Shown here one piece after another: positions 1-11,510 of a stretch of 64,000 nt of DNA. The position numbers and the translations under genes were made by a program. The notes under the pieces are model-generated. The model did not search any database. It was not told the DNA's origin and worked only from the letters and a program-made list of their open reading frames with translations. The stretch covers positions 32,301,504 through 32,365,503 of the forward strand of contig OZ037765.1 of assembly GCA_964035545.1 (NCBI GenBank), given 5' to 3'. The stretch comes from Bugula neritina. Its lineage: Eukaryota > Animalia > Bryozoa. Every line of letters starts with the position of its first letter. Within the stretch, counting starts at the first letter, position 1.

Positions 1-240
1 TAGTAAGTATAGTATAGTTTAGTATAGTATAGTAAGTATGGTATTATAGTAAGTATAGTATAGCAAGTATAGTAAGTATAGTTTATAGTAAGTAGAGTAT
101 AGCAAGTATAGTTTATTATAGTAAGTATACTTTATAGTAAGTAGTTTATAGTAAGTATAGTACAGTAAGGAAATATACGAGTAAATATAGTAAGTATATT
201 AATAAGAAAGTAAGTATGAAAATATATAGCAAAGCAAGTA
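1..240. repeat. Degenerate (TAGTA/TAAGTA)n low-complexity satellite
   Basis: Repeating tagtaagtatagta units run from position 1 and fade by ~240. Confidence 0.85.
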
Positions 241-1071
241 ATTAAATGAAAACTACCTAATTCTGAAAACCATTACATTTTGTTCAATTCTAAACAAAGT
301 TCAAAACTCAAGCATCAGTTGAATAACTAAAATGTCTGCCAAATGAGTCATATCAACTGCCTATAAGCATATCCACAGCTAAGAGATTACATTGCACATA
401 GTGCAGTAATTTGTACTTGATAGCCATGTGACCCAAACAACACCCATATGAATAACTCATGTGTTTATACAACCAAGATGCCTAAAAGTATGGAAAAGAA
501 CTTGAAATGAGTAGTTAAAACAGAAATTGGATAAATAAAATTGACATCATGTAGTTAAACTGCCACATCAAGTTGTTTCTTGCCTAAAGGCAGCTAATCT
601 GCAGGGAAAACAAGTTTGCTGGCTAGATACTGGATGGTTTTCAAGTAAAAAGGTTGTTTTTCATAAAAACTGTAGTTCAGTAAAGTTCTACAGTCATATC
701 ACCAAAATGTATGAGAAGCTTTGTAAAAGCAGCTTTGTTTAAAGCTTTTCTTTAATTAGCATTTGCAAAAGCCAAATAATTACAACATGCAAAGAAACTT
801 GCATAAAGACTGCTATTTCAGAGTTAAAAGATTAGTAGGAAATTTTCAGTAAGCTTAAACTAATAGCTTTAGTTAGACAGCTGAAAGTATCTTTTGTTAG
901 CCGCAATTTATTGACTAACTAAAAGTCACAAGTTGAACTGATAACAAGTTGAAAAGCTAGAAAAGTTGGACTAATAGAGTTATCAAAATAAAAAGTTGAC
1001 CATTCTAGAGAACTTAATTTGTTAGTGCCTAAAGAGGTAGTGGTGCCGTTAAAATGACTACCGTGTCTCAC

Positions 1072-4000
1072 CTTCCAGTCGCAGAAGGATTAGATAGTTT
1101 GCTGATAAGTTGAAGCAGCTTGGCTTGCATACGGCGCGGTCGAATGTAATGCGCAGTGGTAGAACAACATGGGTGATACATAAATTATATGCTATTGTAG
1201 GGCTTGTATATTGCACTGCAATAGGTTTGATAAACGCATTCAACTGGAACGATATTACAGGCTGGTTAGTTGTTTGTACTACAATTTCATTATCAATACA
1301 GAGTGAATGCCTTTTAATATAACATGCTATCTGATAAGTTAATGCGGGCTGGTACTCACCCGCCCACAGAGTAATAGAAAATCATTTGTTATGAAACTAA
1401 GAAAAGTTGAGCCGCTCGCAGCAGTGTACTGTAAGCTGTACAATGTACATCAGGCAGTAAAAACTGGCTATCGCTTTTCAGGATATAAAACAAATTCTTT
1501 GAAGTTAGTTGTGTCCAAAAAGTTGTTTAAAATCAGCAAATTCGTGATAGAACAGACAGTGTCCCCATGTCCTTAGGAGTGCATCTTAAAATTTCAAAGA
1601 TAAATTAGTTTTCATTTTTAACCTTATAAATAAATAGAAGTTTGTGGGAAAAGTTTCAAACAATCTGCTTGCAGTTTGATTTTTGAATTATAATAAAAGC
1701 TTGTAAATTGAAAACTTCGCCAAAACATTGCTTCCATGCAATTTCACTATTATCCTTGCCTATCTCAATCTGTACCACCCCACTACATTTTTAAAACACT
1801 AGAGGAGTATATTAGTATTTAAATGACCTAATTTAGACCCCAGATTTTTATAATGCTATTATCTTTAGAAAGCTAGTGCTAGATCTATTTAAAAAATTAA
1901 TTTTTATGATGAAATAATAGTTCCAAACATTTTTTCAACGTTAAACTGACTTTTAAAATGATGCAAGGCATCTTGATGAGGTAGTGAAGATATAAAACTT
2001 AGCTTGAGAACCTACAAAAGTGTGCTGGAAACTGTTAGCTTTTTAATATCTAATACTTACTTTGTAACAAGTAATTATGCACTAAGGCTAAAATATACCA
2101 GATTCTTAGGCTTAACCAGAATGATTTTGCATAGGAAACGACCCTCAGCAACCACAAGGCCAACACAAATATGAAAAACATTCCAACTATTAGCTTAAAA
2201 TCTTCTCTTGCTAGTTGATGTTGGCTTACAAGTTGTAGCAAAAGTAAGTTTCGTATTGCTTTTAGTTTTCAATGCTTCCACCTTTTTCTACCTTCCAAGT
2301 TATGAGAGTTTAGTAGTTTAAAAACAAAATATATTTTAGAAAAACAACTTATTCACATTGATTTTTTATTGAAACTTTTACATCAGCAAAAGAAAAATGA
2401 GTTTTTTGTAATAAAAAACTCGTTTTGATGAAGGATGAATGTTCAGGTTGCCAGGACTCGATCTCGCTTTGTAACTGAAGCAGTGTTTAATGCACTGCAA
2501 TCAGAAGGTTAGCAGAAATAGCGTATGACCTACTTTACTAAGTATTACAATGCAGCTGGTAATAATAGTACAGCACTGCACACGTTACTGCACGCATAGG
2601 CACATTGTTGTATGTAGCTATAACTAGTGGTGATGTGCCGCGTTTGGTTAGTGCTCGAGATAACAAACTGCCTATATACAATCTCAAGTTAGTTAATAAA
2701 AAACTTTTTTAAAGCAATGGCTTGTTTTTAACCATTGCTGAGCACAGTTTTTGGATAACTTTGTTAGGGAAATGCAAGCAGAAAGCAAAAGCCCACAAAT
2801 TAAAGTTAAATGCATCTTAACTGCTTTATTGCTAGAAAAGTAATGTGTGAATGTAGAGTTTTGTGGTTTGAAGAAGTTAATAAAACTAATACAATTACTC
2901 TAGTAATAAACTTTCTATAGAGATGATTATAGATCAAAGCTTTTGTAACACATGTTGGCTTTTTCAAAGAAAGCTTTCATTTTTTAGAAAAGCTATGCAT
3001 AAAAAAGCCCAATTTCTAGATAACCATTTAATTGTACTTTGTCTACAGCATACCCGCGTCATGTAAACACTGCAATACCTCAGCTTATGTGAACAAAAGG
3101 AATAGTTATAGAATTATAGAATTTAGATTCATCATGTATCAGGAAAACATATAATTTATTACACTATCTCCATAATTTATTCGGTTCCATTATTAAAGTA
3201 AACGATTTTCAGCTATCAATAGTGATAGGTAGTAGAAATGTACTGGAAAATTTTAGCCTTTCAAAAATATTTTCTATTATGCTATTATTGAGAATTATAA
3301 TTAAAAAGTTAGATTTATTGAAGGGATTTCTAGATAGGATGAGATGGCATTTTTGTGGTCTGAAAATAATATTATGATGAAAAGCAAAGCCTGAGCATAT
3401 TAGGAAGCCCTTCCCACCTCTCAGTGTTAACTACTCATGCGGAGCTGTGGCTCCAGTACTTCAAAGTGAAGGATACACTTAGCCTGAGTTTCTAATTATA
3501 TTAATCAGAGTGGGGATAATCAGGAACTTATGCTAAAGAAATGCAGATTTTACAAATATATTAGATGTTGACAAAAACCTTAATTAAATGTGTTTTTGAG
3601 CCTTACTATAGTTTAAATAGAGAGTTGCTGAACTTTTTCAAGTTGAGGTGTATAGGAGCGTGAAAATTCAAACTATTTCAAGTTTCCCAAAGACATGGAG
3701 CTGGCCAAACATTAACTGTGATGTTTTTATGTTTTCAGTTTAGACTAGCTCCCATTTAATCAAAAACACAAAATGCTTGATGGTAGATTTGATACTAAAA
3801 TTTGAAGCAGATATCTGTTTCACGGAATATCTTAGCAGACTGTGCAGAAGGACCATTGAGTAAAGGTCACATTATGCTGTTATTATTAATACACCTGGCT
3901 CATGATGTTATAGTGTTTTACGTTCTATAGGTTTTCTTGTAGTTGCTAATTTAATCAATCAATAACCATAAGCCGCGTAGCAATACTAGTCAATAGGTTA

Positions 4001-7000
4001 TAACTTATAAGGGTATGGACCAAAGCGGAGAGAGAAATTTATGTTATAAGCACTAGTGTGTTATTATACAACGCATTGCTTCCAAGGTTGTAACTACTTG
4101 CCCTATTGGCCGGCAGTGGTTGACTGTGTACGCACGCTACAATTACATGCAGCAAAGCTTTCATCATTGTCTCATGTATATAATTTTCTATGAATAATTA
4201 TTTAGCTCTGTTAAATAAGCCAGCCTTTGTAATTTGGGATTAACTTCATAAAATAAAATTGTTAGCAGCTTGCTTTCAATTTGAACCAAAGAGTGAGTTT
4301 TTATCACTTAGGCTTGCTCGTCCCGACTTTAAATCAATAACAGTAAAGAACTCAGTCTACATAAAAAAACTTGTTTTAATATATGCTCAATGTTTATAGC
4401 TAGACACAAAATAAGGCTGCGATTGCCAAGTCTCATATTATAAGTACGATTGACGTAGCTCTGCATACTAAACTGTACTTGTAAGTAACTGACTCAACAT
4501 GAAAACTTGGTGAATGAGCATTTCTGAAACTACCAAATTTGCCTCTAGTTTCTGAAGCCCTCATAGTTTCAGTTGAAGTCTTTGATGGACTTTAAAACTT
4601 GTAGCAAGATTAAAACAAACTGAAAATTAAGATTTAATAGAATATTTTGGAAATATTACTTGAAACAGTTTTTAGTAGTACTAAATGTTTATTTTTATAC
4701 AAAGTTTAGTTGTAGAAAAAAAGCTACAGCCTAGAATAGAAGGTAAACTAGTTGGCAATTTTAATTTGACTAATTTCTGAGTATGAAAAAGTAAATAAAA
4801 AGTACCAACAGTCTTGGAATTAGTACGCACCTTGCAAAGTGTTGAACAAAAGTCAAATGAAAAGGTTGAAAAGGTTACATGACAATAAAAATGCTTTATA
4901 CTCTTAGTATCTGCTGTTATTGTTAGTAGTGGTGATTATTATTATGTAGAAGAGAATTAGATCATGAATGTCCCCAGTGGTGAAAGAAAGCATGAAAAGA
5001 TTAGGTGATGAAGTGGATTCATTATTGTGTGAGAGAGTGCAGTCTGCATTGTGAAATGATAAGTTACCATGTAATACCAAACCTATAATACCACAACTGT
5101 AATACTAAAACTGTAATAGTACATCTATAATATACCAAAGCTGTAATACCAAAGCTGTAATACCAAAGCTGTAATACTAAAACTAATACAAAAGCTGTAA
5201 TATTGCCGTTGACTTATTCCTGCAAAAGTGCAACCATGGTATAATACATGTCCATATAAAAAAGGGAAATATTATCAACAACCAATGCAATACTGGAATC
5301 GATGCATTTGATTTATACTGATAACATTATAGTACCTTAATACATCCTAATATAATATTTTGGTACAAGGAAAACATTAACAAAAAGTAATTTGATAAAA
5401 AAACTCAAAACAATTTACAAAACAGCAAAATGTAAATTAGAATTATCTTACTGCAGTATATATTCAAATTTAATTATGCTTTCTTTCATTGCTATGGACA
5501 TTCATGATCTAATTCTCTTCTAGATAATAATAATAAATCACCACTACTAACAATAACAGCAGATACTAGGAGTATAAAACATTTTTATTGTCACGTAACC
5601 TTTTCAACCTTTTCATTTGACTTTTGTTCATCACTTCACAGGGTGCTTACTAATTCCAAGACTGTTGGTACTTTTTATTTACTTTTTTATACTTGAAAAC
5701 CAATCAAATTTGACTAACGTATTATGGTCTAAGTCAAAATAATTATGCTATAGCACAATGCACTATGTAGTTACTAGTAGTAAACTAAATCGAAGAGTAC
5801 ATCATTTGATCGACTTTTGTATTAGATATCTTAGATATCGCCATTTGGAATATATATAACCTTCCACTATTCTCTCTATATCAAAATAACTGTGAAACTA
5901 ACTAGGTGCAATAATAGTAATAATTTTTAAATTCATTTGTACTCAAAACCACTGATCAACAAGTTCCCTCATTGACTCATAGACAGTGATCTAAATGCCT
6001 AGTGATGCTCTCTAATACTGAGTACTGAGTACAAGTAAATATTATTATATTATAGTCTTGGATTCTACAGATTTAGTACAGCATAAAAGAGGGAGGGGGG
6101 TCATGGAATGACTCTGATTCCAACTTGAATTGCAATGTAGCTAGACTATAAGATAGTAATAGTAATAGCGATGGGTATTATTTTGAGTGTATTAGAAAAC
6201 TGATGACAATTGAATTGGTAGTTCCACTAAAATTATCTGCAATGTCTGAAACACAAACTCACTAGATATGAGAGATTAAATTTCAAGCATGGCTGCAGAA
6301 ATATATAAACAATAGTTTTTTATAGGCCTAATTTTAGGGACACATTTTAGCTGCGGATATATTCTAATGAAATCCTTTATCAGCTAACTAAAAACAGTAA
6401 TTACAAAATCTTTCACTTATAATGTAGCTTAGCTTGGCTTAGGTTTCAACTAAAACCTATTATACAAATATGGTGAAGCGCAGGCTTTTGTAAACAACAG
6501 TGTTGTCACAAATTCCGGCTTGTATATTACAAATATTTGAAGGGGAAGTGCTAAAACATCTGTTACTTGTGCGCTAAGTTAAACTGACACACTGCATCTT
6601 CTCAAAATGAGATTCCAGTTTATGACGCTCAAATTAAATGAAGGGTTTTAGTGCAATAATTATCCTTTTGACTTTCAAAACCTGCTTAAAACTATTTTGC
6701 AACCAACGCCCTATTTAAACATTTCATCACCAATACATTGATTGATTTTTTTGAGTTTACCTTTAGAAGCTTTTTTAATTTTATTCCTAAATTCAATTCT
6801 ACATTTCTAATTAGATAGTAATTTGAATTATACAGCTACACAGCAGGAGCACATAAATTGTATGAATTTATGCATTGGCAAATATTTGCCTTTTGGATTG
6901 GGTCATCTAAGTCGACATAAATTTTATACATTGACTTGTAAAATTTGCAACCGATCATAATAATACTAAAATAAATATTTAATTACAAATAATAAAAGTA

Positions 7001-10000
7001 AATAACCAAATTATTAGTTTTGGGTTTTGCAGAACAGGGGAGTATTATAACCTGTAGACTAATATAAGTTAATTAAAAATATTATTGCATTTCACAAACA
7101 AGGTTTAACATATGAGTAGTAAACTATGGAGCTGTAGCAGCCATCTTGGATATTGATGCTGCTTATCAAATCTGCACTTAGTTTAATTGCAATGAATTAC
7201 CTCATTTCCCCTGTTAATTTCTGAAAAGATACATCACTTTCTTTTACAACATACCAGCATAGCTTAATGCATTATCTAAGTCGACCTTATTTCATGTAGC
7301 TTATTTAATATCTTTATCATGACTACCATAGTAAACGTAATAACTTTAGAAAACTTTCCAAATGGCACAAAAAAGAGACTGCATAATATTTATTATACAT
7401 TAAAGTACCGAGCTTAAACTACAAGTTTTGCCTCATTACTGGGTATCTTTTAAGACTATCCCAGCAGAAGCTGGTAATACAAGATGCAATACAAGCTGCC
7501 ATTAGATAAGTTGCTTATTAGAAAGTTCTGGAAGGTCACATGGATATACTTTATTCCGTGTATCATTCACTCCTAAATGCAGATTTAAGTTCATCGAAGT
7601 TGATCTTTTTTGTCATGTTATATGAGTACATTATGATAATGTAGATGCGGATTAGTCACCATAGCTAACCCCACTGTAGCTCACTGATTGCATCTCTACT
7701 AAAGTTTACTAATTATTTTCCAATGAAGCCTCAAGGCCTTTTTGAGTGACAGCCTATTTCGACAAGGCAAGCTAGGTGCTTTGCACTAGTCTTTACTATA
7801 TCAATATTAATTATCAAGTTGATATGCCATTCATATCATTAGGTCTGTCTTAGCACAGCTGGAATACAACAATTCAATGAAGTTATAACTACCAATGGTG
7901 GTACTCAAGCATTAAATGCTATGATAAAGTATTAAATTAAAAATTTAATGTAAAATTCAAACTAATTCAAACTAAAAATAGGACACAACATGGCAGAGAG
8001 TTTCAAACTATTAAAGTTCTTAAATCAGTTTTTGTTCAAAAAACAATTTTTAATTTTTGTTTAAAAAGAAAACATGAACTGTTTTTTTTCTTTTAAAAAA
8101 GTTTTTAACTAATGGACTTATAAAGCTAAAGGATTAACAATAAAAAACTTTTCATTTGAAAGGTGAGAGAAAATACAGCTATAATAACCTCAGTTTTGCC
8201 TTTCACGTTACAAATATTTTTGCTGGTAGGAAAGCCATTAAATAAATGATCAAGTGTAATAAAATCTGTGGTAATAAAAATAACTGGAAGATGCTACCTT
8301 TTTTTAGTCAATTAAGGAAACAAAATAATGGTTTGAAACTGCTGACTTTGTTTATTTAAATGTTGGCTTGCTTTTTTCTTAGCACAATTCATATTGCAGG
8401 CAACATCTCTAGTTCTTACTTTCATAATTAACGTTAAAAATATTCTAGGCTTAGGCTGAAATACATATATATTTTCTAATCAATTAAAGTAGCTTAACCA
8501 ATCAATCATAATGGAACATTATCTCATAACCATGGCAATAACTCTATCATCTATATAGTGTTTAAAATCAATACCTCGGGGATACTCTTCATTATCAGAT
8601 CTAAAGCTTGCGGTAATGCTCATGTTTTATAATTATAGCACATAATATTTTATAGTAAAAATTTAAAATGCTTTTTATCACACAGTAGATGAAGTTTTAT
8701 GATTATATAAAATGCAACAATTTGATTCCATGTTTGCTATATTTATAACATTACTATGAAATATTGGTATGCCAAATTAGTATTACTGAAGTGCTAAAAC
8801 ATTCACCTAAAGATGTTCGAATATAGCATTTGGAAACAAGCAAATAAAACACGTTTTAGCTTTCCTGCTAATGCGAGGTTAAACTTTAAAGTTGAGTATT
8901 TGACTCCAAGTCTATAACTATTGCGTTAAAAAACTTTTGTAATGGCTATGGAAGTATATATATGAAACTATGCAGCTCAATAATTTGAGCAAACATAGAA
9001 CAAGTAAACATCTATCGTTAATTCAACTCGAATTCTCGCTGATATGACTGTAGCCGTTGATATTTTGATTAAACTTGTTTTACTTACCAAGTGATTTGCG
9101 TTCTTGTCGGCCATTTTAGTACTACGAGAGACTACAACGAACGAAACACCGGATAGAAGGTTAACAGGGGTCATTAAATGCATTTCTATTGGTCTACGCT
9201 TTACGCGGTATTGTTATCACTGACGAGCCACAACAAACGCGCATGGCTTGGAGTACACATTTTAGTATGTACTTGTAACACTTGCAGCACACGCACTCTG
9301 CACCGCGTTCTTTTCCACTTCTGCAATATTGCTATAATTGTTCAATAGTAGAGTACTAGTACTAGTATCGTTATGTTCACCCGTTTTGCTGGCAGGTTTG
9401 ACTGATTTTTACTAGAGTTTTTACTAATTATCAAAATTTATTAGGATTTTTCAATTGTATACGCTTGAAGTAGTAGTACGATTACAGTGCTATGAAACAA
9501 GGCAAAGAAATATGTAACTGTGCGTTGCCTTATTATTACGAGTAACATACATAGTATGACTGCGTCGTGTGTCACTATTCTAATATAGCCAATATTCATT
9601 CTATGTGCCAGTTCGACCATTATTGGATTTAGCAGCAGTATAAGTGTATGCTTATCACTTATCAGTATTGGTATAGATATTCACATTGATATTCATGTTA
9701 CAATTATGCTTAGTGTTGAACCCATTGTTACTAGCTGTAACTTTTTAGCGAACTGTTTACTATCACTTTGACTACTACTGTGAACATCAATGTTATAAGT
9801 GGAAATCACATTGACTTTGATTGAATGATTTATAAATGATAAATAAGCCTGGTGTAAGTGATGATGTTCACAGCACTGAATGTTAGTTGATGGAATTTTT
9901 AACCTGGATTTCAATCACAACATTAATATGAAAATGGGACTTTAATTAAATCGCATGGACATAATTGCTAAACCCACGAGACAGATTGAATTTCAAACAA

Positions 10001-10356
10001 TATTTTTAGATTTGCTCATTTTGTTATTCTATTCAATAAAAAATCTGTTGCGCATAGATAGTTTCCATCACAAGACAACATATCTTATAATAGCCTATTT
10101 ACAAATAGAGTTTGGTTGAACAGAACTAATGAGTATAACGATTAACTTAATGCCAATGGTGCTATAGTCAAATATAAATTACCATATAATTATAAAATAA
10201 CATTTTGGATCGTTTGAATCATACATAAATCAATAAAATCCAAGGCTGCTCTGCTCAAGTAGCTCTGCTGACTGTTACCCAGTTGGAGCTGTTGCACCCA
10301 GCATCTTTGGATCATTGAAGTACTCACCGGTTCTATGCTGGTAAATACCTTATATT
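1072..10356 (-). CDS. Putative short 5' exons of an unidentified minus-strand gene continuing beyond the left edge
   Basis: Candidate exons with good splice sites: 10328-10356 (tttactctgcag|...|gtgagt, xYKVFTSIEP), 9088-9114 (AAAATGGCCG start, MADKNANHL|gtaagt), 7201-7220 (tcttttcag|KLTGEM..|gtaatt), 1360-1396 (ttttcttag|FITNDFLLLCGR|gtgagt), 1072-1130 (MQAKLLQLISKLSNPSATG..|gtgaga). Phases are mutually compatible. No homology recognised. Confidence 0.3.
4763..5717. mobile_element. Non-autonomous long-TIR (Mutator/foldback-like) element
   Basis: Arms of ~220-230 bp (about 4774-4993 and 5476-5706) are reverse complements (e.g. AGTACCAACAGTCTTGGAATTAGTA / TACTAATTCCAAGACTGTTGGTACT). The 11-bp direct repeat AATTTGACTAA occurs at 4763-4773 and 5707-5717. 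The spacer contains a 14-bp CTGTAATACCAAAG tandem repeat (~5070-5202). Confidence 0.65.
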
Positions 10357-10427
10357 CTGCAGAGTAAAGAAAATTGAAAAAGCCCAAAAAATACATGATT
10401 TAACCTCACACTTTACACAGTTCATCA

Positions 10428-10643
10428 AGGGAGCAGCCGTGGTCTAGGGGTTAGAGCGTTTGCTTAGTGAATACGAAGTTATCGGTTTGAACCCGACAAA
10501 GGCCATTGGTGATGTTAGGAAGAGCATCCAGTCCTAATTGCTCCTGTGCCTCATATGAACAAGCCCTTAGCCCGATTTAACAAAAACCCCTTCCACCAGG
10601 GGTTTCTCACAGGGATAGGGACTATAAACTTTCGTGAGGTTTT
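10428..10643 (+). mobile_element. tRNA-derived SINE, full-length copy A
   Basis: Pol III A-box TGGTCTAGGGG (10440-10450), B-box GGTTTGAACCC (10484-10494), T-rich tail, perfect 16-bp TSD TTTACACAGTTCATCA (10412-10427 and 10644-10659). Homologous copies at 40341, 49590 and 50639. Confidence 0.9.
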
Positions 10644-11349
10644 TTTACACAGTTCATCAGTTATGCAGTGGTTCTCACAACATAGATCTTCTCTTTTTGA
10701 TAAGCTGAGCTTTGAAATTAAGTAAATCACACTAGTGGATAGAAGGCATCTAGGTTCAGCTGGCTAATGGCTGGCCTTTGTACAAAGACTGATCAACAAG
10801 AAAACTCATCACAATAAACTTAAGAATCAAGCCTGCCTGTTTTGCAGTTCTTTTAGGGTTAATGGAATCTAATTAAATACTAGTTAATAGAATTGACTAT
10901 AAATGTTTTTGATGAGATGGCTGATAACTGTACAAACTATTGTAGCTTAGCAACGGAAAAATTCTATGGAAAACATCTGCAAACTGTAATTTATAATTGC
11001 TATATATTATAACAACTCATTAGATTTTTAGCCAATATCGTCGTAACTTAATGCTAGCTGTAGTAGTCTAGATAAAGCTGCGGTAAAGCTTTTTGTTTAG
11101 CATGATTTAAGTTGCATTCATGTTCTATAACAAAATATAATATAATCCTACATGCATATAGTATTAATTGTAGGTATTATATAAGTTAACCTTCTCAGTC
11201 ATAACAGAGCATATACTGTAAAAGTGGCAACTTGGTTAGCGATAAGCAGTCCCTCAAACACTGCAACTACTTGGCATTTTTCTCAACATTTCCAACTACT
11301 GTCAGTTGACTTTCTGCATGGAGGCTGACAGAAGTGCAAAATTTATTTA

Positions 11350-11510
11350 GGAGCAGTAGTAGAGAAATTAAGATAGCCTAAGCTTTTTAAATTTTTTTAT
11401 AAATTTTTGTTGGGGGTGCGGGTTAAAATTCTTGCAAGAACATAATTATTTCTTATGCTATATTTATAATCTAGAACACAGGCTTTTCTCAATTTCTCCA
11501 TTACTGCACC
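11350..11510. mobile_element. Short MITE-like repeat, copy 1
   Basis: Reverse-complement homology to 38751-38904 (shared CTAGAACACAGGCTTTTCTCAATTTCTCCATTA). Imperfect terminal inverted repeats GGWGCARTA...TAYTGCACC, flanked by TA. Confidence 0.6.

Noticed and set aside
2448-2508. Possible plus-strand exon (VARTRSRFVTEAVFNALQSE)
   Set aside because: Weak polypyrimidine tract, no partner exons found and no recognisable homology.
10429-10503. Possible functional tRNA gene
   Set aside because: The anticodon arm differs between copies, and the head is fused to a shared body with a tail and TSD, so it is a SINE head.
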